A DNA stretch of 64,000 bases, taken from positions 1,547-65,546 of the forward strand of contig JAHJEX010000071.1 in NCBI GenBank assembly GCA_018825385.1, written 5' to 3'. The translations under genes and the position numbers were made by a program. Under the pieces are notes generated by a model that did not search any database, was not told the origin of the DNA, and worked only from the letters and a program-made list of their open reading frames with translations. Of this stretch, positions 56,808 through 64,000 are shown piece after piece (the stretch's first letter is position 1; each line of letters opens with the position of its first letter). This DNA comes from Patescibacteria group bacterium (lineage in GTDB: Bacteria > Patescibacteriota > Patescibacteriia > UM-FILTER-42-10).

Positions 56808-58080
56808 GATAGATATTGTTAAATACGTCCTTCAATTTTTTTTGTGCTAAAGATGAATAGGCAATTCTTAAATAATTATTAACAGCAATTATCCCAGTAT
56901 CATATGATTCCAATAGATGTTTTCTTATTTCCTCAGCATCCAGTTTTCCCGATAAAGCCAGGCACATGAAATAGCCAGAATTATAAGGCAGTGGTTTAAA
57001 ATATTTTTCATACTGGGGATTGTCAGAGATAACTTTTTTTATTTCTTCATACCTGGATCTTAATATTTTTTTTCTTTCTGTTTTTTCCTCTTCGTATTTT
57101 TCTTTATCAAAAGCTTGCAGAATTAAGGACTGCGATAAATGTGATACATTAGAAATAGTTGCCCGTACTGCACCTGCTGCTTTATCTTCTAAAGCATTAT
57201 AAAGTTCTGGACTGCCATTTTTGCAGCCAAAGGTTACAAACCCGACTCTTAAACCCCAAGCATAATCCTCTTTAGTGATACCGTCTATTTTCACAGCCAA
57301 TATGTTTTCGCTTAGCTTATAGAATTTCGAGAAGATCGATTCTTCTGACACCCCCGGCTCATATACTAATCCAAAATAGGCATCATCACTTATCACTATT
57401 ACATTTTGCTTTTTTGAATACTCTGATACTGCATTTACAATTGCCTTGGTTTCTTCATTAGTAGGAGTATAGCCAGAGGGATTGTTTGGGAAATTCAAAA
57501 GGATAACTTTTTTAGGCCCACCTGCATTTAATTTTTCTCTAAGTCCTTTGATATTAAACTTACCGTCTTTAAAAAGAGGGAAAGTTATAATCTTTGAGCC
57601 GAAGGTAATATTAAAGGTTAAGTTATAATTTCCCCAATAAGGTTCCGGCATGATAATTTCTGTGTTTGCATCCATAAATAGGTAGCCAACTACATTCAGT
57701 CCATGAGTTAAAGCGCTAGTTACCACTGGCATGCTTATATTAGACTGCTCGATCGTTGGATTTTTTGAAACAATCTTTTTTTGCCAAGACTCTCTTAGCT
57801 TTTTACTGCCAAAGCTGGAAGCATATGGAAAAACTAATTCATCATCAATCGAAATTTCTCCTGACATACAGTCTAAACACATGATAGAACCGTTATCATT
57901 GCAAGCCATACCAATAGTGGCATTCAGCTCCTTCCCTTTCGCTTCTGCAGTTTGGCCTAAGATTCCTGCGTGGGGGAAGAAAATTTCTCTGCCCCTTTCC
58001 GACAGTAGATTGAATATAACTGCACTAGAATGCTGGATTGCTTCATTAAGCTTTGTTGCTTGTGGATTTAATTCTGGCAT
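56782..58080 (-). CDS. PLP-dependent aminotransferase, class I/II
   Basis: LNFPNNPSGYTPT matches the NPxNPTG motif. The length is 432 aa. Confidence 0.6.
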   Translation of the reverse strand: MPELNPQATKLNEAIQHSSAVIFNLLSERGREIFFPHAGILGQTAEAKGKELNATIGMACNDNGSIMCLDCMSGEISIDDELVFPYASSFGSKKLRESWQKKIVSKNPTIEQSNISMPVVTSALTHGLNVVGYLFMDANTEIIMPEPYWGNYNLTFNITFGSKIITFPLFKDGKFNIKGLREKLNAGGPKKVILLNFPNNPSGYTPTNEETKAIVNAVSEYSKKQNVIVISDDAYFGLVYEPGVSEESIFSKFYKLSENILAVKIDGITKEDYAWGLRVGFVTFGCKNGSPELYNALEDKAAGAVRATISNVSHLSQSLILQAFDKEKYEEEKTERKKILRSRYEEIKKVISDNPQYEKYFKPLPYNSGYFMCLALSGKLDAEEIRKHLLESYDTGIIAVNNYLRIAYSSLAQKKLKDVFNNIYLACQDKEK

Positions 58081-58088
58081 AATACATA

Positions 58089-58373
58089 TTATGTTACTAA
58101 TAACGCTTTTTGATCGTCATTCGTGCCTAAACGATTGATTTTTTCTTTTCCGCATTTTTGACAATAATGGATAAGTTTATCTTCTCCATTTTTTTTTGTT
58201 AATCCTATCGGTTTCATTAGACCCCCACATTTTGACTGGCGATCACCAGGGTTTTCATCTACATGCACAGAATATAAACAATATGGACAGTGATTAGTAT
58301 AACCATTACCAGTTACTTTTTTTCGACAATTAGCACACACAAAATCTTCTTTATTTCTAGTGAACTTTTTCAT
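58089..58373 (-). CDS. RNHCP-domain zinc-ribbon protein
   Basis: GYTNHCPYCLYSVHVD carries the RNHCP signature, with CxxC pairs at both ends. Confidence 0.5.
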   Translation of the reverse strand: MKKFTRNKEDFVCANCRKKVTGNGYTNHCPYCLYSVHVDENPGDRQSKCGGLMKPIGLTKKNGEDKLIHYCQKCGKEKINRLGTNDDQKALLVT

Positions 58374-58833
58374 AATTTTTTTTCCTTAAACTGGAAGTTT
58401 TGAAAATCAACATTATCGCTCCTACAATAATTAGACAATCTGCTAAATTGAAAACGGGAAGAAAGCGCAGATTCACAAAATCGATAATAGCCCCATGATA
58501 AATCCGGTCAAGAAAATTACTAAAAGATCCAACTGCAATTAAAGAAAGACTTATAACTAAATTCATGTTTCTTTTTTTGAATGCCCCAAACAAGAAAAAT
58601 GCAACGGCGCTAATTATTGCAACAGTCACAATATAGGTCAACGGCTGATATAATGGAATGCTAAAGATAATTCCCTCATTCATATAGAGTTCCAGTCGAA
58701 AAACGCTTAAAAAGTTCAATGGCCCTTCTTCGGATAATGCATGGAATGCCCACCATTTGGTAATTCTATCAATGATAAACAAAAAAAAGAATCCAATACT
58801 AACAACAATAAATTGTCTGGACTCTTTTTCCAT
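58357..58833 (-). CDS. lspA: Lipoprotein signal peptidase (signal peptidase II)
   Basis: FLPVFNLADCLIIVGAIML matches the FNxAD motif. It has 4 TM helices. Confidence 0.7.
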   Translation of the reverse strand: MEKESRQFIVVSIGFFFLFIIDRITKWWAFHALSEEGPLNFLSVFRLELYMNEGIIFSIPLYQPLTYIVTVAIISAVAFFLFGAFKKRNMNLVISLSLIAVGSFSNFLDRIYHGAIIDFVNLRFLPVFNLADCLIIVGAIMLIFKTSSLRKKNYEKVH

Positions 58834-58844
58834 TTTAAATTTTT

Positions 58845-59204
58845 CTAAACGAATTTATTGCATTCCATACATAACACTGCGGCTGGAAATGCCTCTAGTC
58901 GAGCAACATCTATTTCATTAGCACACTTATCACATTTACCATATGTACCATTTTTTATTCTTTCCAGTGCTATATCAACCTTCCCTAATGTTTTTTCTAG
59001 GTTCTTTTCCAAAGAAAGGTTATCTTGAAAATCAGCAACCTCTGTTGCATTTTCTTCATCCTTGTCTCCATAATTCGGAAAACGCGTATTATAGTCATCT
59101 TCTTTTTTGACACTCTCATCTGCAAAGCTGGAAAGCTCCCCACGTAACTTAGCTTGCTGTTTGAGGAGTTCTTCTTCCATCTTCTTTATAAATTCTTTAT
59201 CCAT
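58845..59204 (-). CDS. DksA/TraR-family C4 zinc-finger protein
   Basis: CDKCANEIDVARLEAFPAAVLCMECNKF carries C4. An acidic coiled-coil lies in the N-half. Confidence 0.6.
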   Translation of the reverse strand: MDKEFIKKMEEELLKQQAKLRGELSSFADESVKKEDDYNTRFPNYGDKDEENATEVADFQDNLSLEKNLEKTLGKVDIALERIKNGTYGKCDKCANEIDVARLEAFPAAVLCMECNKFV

Positions 59205-59261
59205 GTTTTTTTACGTTACAACTTATATGCCCCTACATTATACAGAATTTTAGAAAAAGAA

Positions 59262-59285
59262 AAAGGGCGCAACTAGCGCCTAAAC
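59262..59285 (-). terminator. Hairpin (ggcgc-aacta-gcgcc) followed by a T-run on the minus strand, ~400 nt downstream of the guanylate-kinase-like gene
   Basis: The minus-strand sequence reads ggcgctagttgcgccc followed by tttttcttttt. It may terminate an unannotated transcript in the 486-bp gap. Confidence 0.35.
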
Positions 59286-59690
59286 ATAGTTATTATAGCA
59301 CTGTCACGCCCAAGGCCCTTGCCCAACTTTCGTTCGTCATAAAGACAATTGAGAGATTGGTGATGCAAAGACTCTAAGCATTTTCTTTCCTATGAGGGTT
59401 TTAGGGAGAAAATGACAATTCTCTACCATTTTTGTGGTTGATCATATTTTTATATATGTCTACCTCTTTTATTTTTGTTTTGTACCCTCGTCAAAATAGT
59501 AAAGAACGTTATCCCTACAAGCGCTTATGTTATAGGGAGGAATTCCTTGCTATTTTGCTCAAGAAAGATGTTTTTTCAATATGCGCTTGTACACGTGAAT
59601 TCATTTCACTTACGAACAGTATATCATAATTTTTCCATCATGTCAACAATATTGCCTAATTGCAAAGTGATTTGGCTAATATTAGCCAAA

Positions 59691-61043
59691 TCATATACAA
59701 TTCTTAGCAAGGGAAGTATTTTTGGATAGTATATTTAGGTATAAGTCGCTATTCTCTACATCAATTTCGGCATTTGCGATTATATATTGATATGGGTCGT
59801 TTCCTGAACATCGAGAATATGTGTCTTTCACAAGTCTTTGATTAGAATCACTGTTTGATAATAGTGCTAAACGGACAATCTGAGTTGAGGAGGACACAAT
59901 TATATAATCACCCATAATTGAATAAGCCAGAGTTGAGTCCTCTTTATTCGATAATTCATATATCTTTTCTCCTTTGTATTCAATGACTGTCGGTTCAACA
60001 TTTTCCGGTTTCGGTACAAGCTCATAAACGATCGTGCCATCAGGCAAAGTTAAAGGCACTTGTGAAGGAAATTTCTTCGCCCAAATTTGTGCCACCATTT
60101 GCTTAAAAGATTCCCATTGATCACTTTTTGGCTGATTCAATTCTATTATCACACCCGGTGACAAGTCATCTTTTGGATAAAAGAATAAAGTTTGTTGATA
60201 TGTGGGTGCCTGAATGTCTGAAGAGTTCTGCTCTGTAAAAAAATCAAACGTTACAGGTCCTACAACGTACGCAAGCTGTACATCTTTTGGCACAAATTTT
60301 AATAATCCCTCAAATGACCGTTCTTTGCTTTTTATTTCGTAAGTTACTGAAATATTTTTATAAGAATCTTTGATGATATCTTTAATGTTAGGATGAAAAA
60401 AAACAAACGCCATAAAATATCCTGCTAATATGATCACAACCAGAACACCAAAAATAATTTTAACTCCAACCCTATTTCCTGATGTTTTCTTTATTATGTC
60501 CCTTACCTCTCTAACAGTCTGCTCCAGTTTGCCTTCATGATTTATAACTTTATAGTCATAAATTTTTTCGTACTTTAACCACTCTTTTGTGTATTTCATT
60601 CTTTCCTCAACATAATTGGATTCCACTTTGCTTCTTCTTTTTATTCGGTTCTTTAGAGTCTTAAGATCCGGTGGAGCAATATATATTGATTTCACATCTG
60701 ACAGTTTTTTCTTTATTATCTGTACTCCTTTATACTCTATCTTCCAAATTCCGATTTTCTTGGATTTACCTACTCGCTCTAATTCTTTTTTTGTTGTTCC
60801 ATAAAAATTACCATTATAAGCTTTGGCGTATTCTATAAATTCACCCCTTTTAATCTTGGCTTTAAATTCTTTTTTACTAATAAAGTGATATGGATTACCT
60901 TCAGAATCACCTTTTCTCTTTTTTCTGGTGGTTGTTGTAATAACCCTTTCAATATCAAAATAGTTACGGAGTCCTTCGATTACTGAATCTTCCCCCGCTC
61001 CAGACGGACCGGAAATAATAAATATGTTTTCCCCTGCTTTCAT
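59691..61043 (-). CDS. Guanylate-kinase-like domain with a degenerate P-loop, fused to a TM helix and a ~230-aa extracytoplasmic domain
   Basis: The P-loop reads IISGPSGAGEDSV, with GAGEDS in place of GxGK[ST]S. The GMP-binding region TTTRKKRKGDSEGNPYHF...YGTT is conserved. TM segment VKIIFGVLVVIILAGYFMAFVFF. Confidence 0.6.
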   Translation of the reverse strand: MKAGENIFIISGPSGAGEDSVIEGLRNYFDIERVITTTTRKKRKGDSEGNPYHFISKKEFKAKIKRGEFIEYAKAYNGNFYGTTKKELERVGKSKKIGIWKIEYKGVQIIKKKLSDVKSIYIAPPDLKTLKNRIKRRSKVESNYVEERMKYTKEWLKYEKIYDYKVINHEGKLEQTVREVRDIIKKTSGNRVGVKIIFGVLVVIILAGYFMAFVFFHPNIKDIIKDSYKNISVTYEIKSKERSFEGLLKFVPKDVQLAYVVGPVTFDFFTEQNSSDIQAPTYQQTLFFYPKDDLSPGVIIELNQPKSDQWESFKQMVAQIWAKKFPSQVPLTLPDGTIVYELVPKPENVEPTVIEYKGEKIYELSNKEDSTLAYSIMGDYIIVSSSTQIVRLALLSNSDSNQRLVKDTYSRCSGNDPYQYIIANAEIDVENSDLYLNILSKNTSLAKNCI

Positions 61044-61099
61044 AAATTCCTTTGAATATGTCTTGACTATACTCTATCACAAAACGCTTTCCGAATAAA

Positions 61100-61140
61100 C
61101 CAAAACCGCCCCCACGCTTTATAATAAGTGTGGGGGCGGA
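61100..61140 (-). terminator. Rho-independent terminator of pnp; REP-like hairpin ccgcccccacgc-tttataataa-gtgtgggggcgg
   Basis: The reverse complement is near-identical to the terminator at 49780-49812. The A-run at 61100-61106 gives a T-run on the minus strand. Confidence 0.65.
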
Positions 61141-61157
61141 TATTAGAATCTCTGCAA

Positions 61158-63419
61158 TTAGTTATGACGTCTTCTTGGAGGCCTGTCTCCTCCTCGTCCA
61201 CTATTGCTGCGAAGTCCTCTATGGTCATCACGACTGCGTTCTTCAAAGCCAGCCGGGGCCTGCAATAGTGCCTTAATAGAAAGCTCCACTCTTCCACGCT
61301 CTTTATCAACGCCCATTACCTTTACCTTAGCTATATCACCAACTTTCAATTTGTCGCTTACGGTATTCACATGTTCATGGGCAAGTTGTGAAATATGGAC
61401 CATACCGTCTTTACCATGGGCAAGTTCTACGAGAGCACCAATTTCTTTACCACTGTTGCGATCAGCAACAATCTTGATTACCTTACCTTCATACACTTCT
61501 CCAACTTCCGGATCACTGGTTACGCCTTTAATCCAATCTAGAGCTTCGTCTAGTTTGGAATCCTTATCGGCAGTAACCATTACTAACCCATCATCCTCGA
61601 TATCAATCTGAACGCCTGTTTCATCAATTATTTCGTTGATTATTTTACCGCCAGGACCAATAAGGTCGCGGATTTTGTCAGGATCGATCTGGATTGGAAC
61701 AATTTTTGGAGCATACTCAGAAAGCTCACTGCGAGCAGCCGGAATTGTTTGTTCTATAACATCTAGTATCTTTCCACGTGCTATTTTTGCTTTTTCTAAA
61801 GCGCCTTTAACAACTTCCAGTGTTAATCCGTTATTTTTGATATCGACTTGCATGGCTGTTATTCCTTTGCGGGTTCCTGCTACCTTGAAATCCATCAGAC
61901 CAATATGATCTTCCAGTCCCTGAATATCCGTAAGTAGTTTGTAGTCGGACATATCTTCGTTGGCCATCAACCCGATTGAAATACCAGCCGCTGGGCTGCT
62001 AATTGGCACACCGGCATCCATCAACGCCAAAGAAGATCCACAGATCGAAGCCTGAGAGGTTGATCCGTTTGAGGATAACACCTCAGATACCACTCGAATT
62101 GTGTAGGGGAATTTTTCTTGATCCGGTAGTAGGGGTACAATTGCTTTTTCAGCCAATGCACCGTGTCCGATTTCTCTTCTATTAGCAGACATCATTCTCT
62201 TTACTTCTCCCACTGAAAATCCAGGGAAGTTGTAATGATGCATATAGCGTTTTTTACCGGAAATTTCCATGCCATCCAGTAGCTGTTCATCGCCCGGAGA
62301 TCCCAGTGTTACTACTGACAATACTTGAGTTTCACCACGATTAAACAATCCTGTTCCATGGGTTCTAGGAAGTATTCCCACTTCAGCTGAAAGTGAACGA
62401 ATATCATCAACACCTCTGCCATCCGGTCTGATACCTTCTTCCAGAATCTTTTTGCAGGCTATGTCGTCAATAATTCCTTCAACCATTTTCAAGCCTTTAA
62501 CTCTGCCTTCTTTAGTTACTTTGTTGTCCTCTTTCAGAGTTTCTTCCAGCTCATCCATGAGAGTTTGCATAGCTTTCTTTTGAGCGTCTTTTTCTTTTTC
62601 TGCAAAAACTTTACTACCATTCTCAGTAGTATATTTCTTTACAATTTCTTCTACATGCTCGGCCTCTTTCTTTTCTTCCTCGTTTGGCTCACCGTATTCC
62701 AGTAACATTTTTTCTTTACCAATCTTCTTTTGGACATCATTGATAAAGGTCATTAATCCTTCAATATGCTCATGACCAAAGTTAACTGCATCCTCTACTG
62801 TTTTTTCGTCAACTTCTTTACCTTCAAATTCGATCATTGCTACACGGTCTTCTATCCCTACTAGCAATAGTTCGAATGGACTTTTTTCCGCTACTTCATA
62901 AGTTGGGTTCAATACCCACTCACCATCAACTTGCACTACCTTTACACCAGCTATCGGCCCATTCCAAGGAATAGGTGAAATGCCTAGTGCGCATGATGCG
63001 GCAAGTAGCGAAACGAAATCAGGATCGTTTTCCTGATCAACTGAAAGCACAGTCAGTACCACTTGTACTTCGTGCTTCATACCTTCTGCAAAGAAAGGCC
63101 GAATTGAACGATCAATAAGACGTGCAGTTAATACCGCTTCGTCTGTCGGCCTGCCTTCACGTTTTATAAACCGAGATCCTTTGATTTTGCCGGCGGCATA
63201 CATCTTTTCTTCGTAATCTACGGTTAACGGGAAAAACCCCCGATCTTCATCATAGTCGGGATTAATTACCGCAGTAGCCAAAACAACAGTATCTCCATAC
63301 TGAATGGTACAGCTACCGTGTGCTTGACCGGCAAGTCTGCCGGTCTCTAGGGAGAGTTTTGTTCCCCCAATCTCTGTCTCAAACGTTTGCACGCCAGAAG
63401 AGCTTGTTTTTGGATTCAT
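61158..63419 (-). CDS. pnp: Polyribonucleotide nucleotidyltransferase (PNPase)
   Basis: Two RNase PH-like domains, then KH (LIGPGGKIINEI) and S1 (GKVIKIVADRNSGKEIGALVEL...) domains. The length is 753 aa. Confidence 0.85.
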   Translation of the reverse strand: MNPKTSSSGVQTFETEIGGTKLSLETGRLAGQAHGSCTIQYGDTVVLATAVINPDYDEDRGFFPLTVDYEEKMYAAGKIKGSRFIKREGRPTDEAVLTARLIDRSIRPFFAEGMKHEVQVVLTVLSVDQENDPDFVSLLAASCALGISPIPWNGPIAGVKVVQVDGEWVLNPTYEVAEKSPFELLLVGIEDRVAMIEFEGKEVDEKTVEDAVNFGHEHIEGLMTFINDVQKKIGKEKMLLEYGEPNEEEKKEAEHVEEIVKKYTTENGSKVFAEKEKDAQKKAMQTLMDELEETLKEDNKVTKEGRVKGLKMVEGIIDDIACKKILEEGIRPDGRGVDDIRSLSAEVGILPRTHGTGLFNRGETQVLSVVTLGSPGDEQLLDGMEISGKKRYMHHYNFPGFSVGEVKRMMSANRREIGHGALAEKAIVPLLPDQEKFPYTIRVVSEVLSSNGSTSQASICGSSLALMDAGVPISSPAAGISIGLMANEDMSDYKLLTDIQGLEDHIGLMDFKVAGTRKGITAMQVDIKNNGLTLEVVKGALEKAKIARGKILDVIEQTIPAARSELSEYAPKIVPIQIDPDKIRDLIGPGGKIINEIIDETGVQIDIEDDGLVMVTADKDSKLDEALDWIKGVTSDPEVGEVYEGKVIKIVADRNSGKEIGALVELAHGKDGMVHISQLAHEHVNTVSDKLKVGDIAKVKVMGVDKERGRVELSIKALLQAPAGFEERSRDDHRGLRSNSGRGGDRPPRRRHN

Positions 63420-63540
63420 AAATGTATCCTTATACTTTACCCCTAAAAGGGCTGTTTCTTCTGACTATCAGGCTTTAGACTGCAAAGGAGACAATCCCTT
63501 ATAGCCTAACTGTCTGACGTTCAAAAAAAACAATGATTAA

Positions 63541-64000
63541 TTAATTTTCAAAAAAGAACTCTGTTTTTATTTTTGTTAAGAATTCGTTTGTTCCTTGGAA
63601 GTGGAACAGCTTACCATCCTTTTTTATTAAAATCAAATTTGTTTGCGAGCCGTCCTTATTACTAGTTGCCACAATTTCTGTTCCTTTGACTCCATTAACA
63701 CTTATTTCTTTTTCTGACTGGACTAATATCGCTCCTTTGACAGCACTTTCCATATCTTCATCTAAAATACTCAGTTTATTGCTGTCAAAATACACTGTAT
63801 ATATAGAAGCGGAACTTTCTTCTTTGATCGCCTCTTTTTCAGAAAGATTCAAGGAAAAATTGTATTTCAGATTTTCAAATACACGATCACCATTGTCCTT
63901 TTCTTCGACTACCTGTGAAGTTTCTTCTTCCTCTTCTTGTTGTGCTGTTTGATTTTGACTGATAGATAAGTTTACTATTTCATCAGTTGCCTTGTTCCCC
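63541..64000 (-). CDS. Hypothetical protein, partial; the reading frame runs to the window edge, so the true start is likely beyond 64000
   Basis: The minus-strand frame stays open upstream of the annotated Met at 63852. Confidence 0.3.
   Translation of the reverse strand, partial: GNKATDEIVNLSISQNQTAQQEEEEETSQVVEEKDNGDRVFENLKYNFSLNLSEKEAIKEESSASIYTVYFDSNKLSILDEDMESAVKGAILVQSEKEISVNGVKGTEIVATSNKDGSQTNLILIKKDGKLFHFQGTNEFLTKIKTEFFFEN

Noticed and set aside
58089-58833. 17-nt overlap between the RNHCP gene and lspA considered as evidence of mis-annotation
   Set aside because: Short overlaps between co-oriented genes are the norm throughout this window (for example 18751/18791, 19539/19542, 21130/21133, 56782/56807), so the overlap is consistent with genuine translational coupling.
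61067-61309. 80-aa ORF overlapping the 3-prime end of pnp
   Set aside because: It overlaps the well-supported pnp C-terminus (S1 domain) in another frame. The pnp terminator hairpin lies inside it.

Overview
This window is AT-rich (roughly one-third GC, judged by eye), gene-dense and almost entirely minus-strand coded. Co-directional genes are packed 0-3 nt apart and very few starts have a Shine-Dalgarno sequence. Together with a 3174-aa Cys-rich surface protein, a VirB6/TrbL-like membrane protein and many small secreted paralog families, this looks like a reduced, probably episymbiotic (CPR/Patescibacteria-like) genome; that placement is inference. The right half (41-64 kb) is ordinary housekeeping: ksgA, tsaC, leuS, rsmI, comM/yifB, pckA, an aminotransferase, lspA, a DksA-like protein, a guanylate-kinase-like protein and pnp. 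Two of these are odd. leuS carries a complete alpha/beta-hydrolase (YdeN/RBBP9-like) domain inside its zinc-knuckle loop, and the guanylate-kinase-like domain has a destroyed P-loop and is fused to a transmembrane and extracytoplasmic part. The left 23 kb is the most unusual region. It holds a tandem, co-oriented array of nine paralogs (eight intact, one frameshifted) whose C-terminal ~75 aa is the phospho-histidine swivel domain of PEP-utilising enzymes (PEP synthase, PPDK, rifampin phosphotransferase), fused to a conserved but unrecognised ~400-aa N-domain. No ATP-grasp or PEP-binding partner domain is obvious, apart from a small frameshifted candidate at 86..672. An IS200/RAYT-like HuH transposase sits inside the array with 3-nt spacing. 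Next come five paralogs (one frameshifted) of an orotate-PRTase-like enzyme with a shared C-terminal W-x-K-N-x3-W tail, PRPP synthetase, a LOG-family protein and an NnrD/YjeF-C dehydratase. The array is interrupted by a higher-GC block (a secreted hydrolase-like protein and an FG-GAP propeller), and the junction carries an exact 32-nt copy of an internal comM segment. Around 22.9-25.8 kb lies a clearly foreign, ~56% GC self-contained cassette (consensus sigma-70 promoter, strong SD, LOG/SLOG-like ORF, hairpin terminator), followed by an APH-like kinase and a higher-GC PHP phosphoesterase. From 26-41 kb there is a minus-strand operon encoding the giant two-PA14 protein, a TrbL/VirB6-like multi-TM protein and two further proteins. 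Three genes are split at poly-A runs (A5, A5, A7). No rRNA, tRNA or CRISPR array was found. All functional calls rest on motifs read by eye from the translations; no database search was possible.
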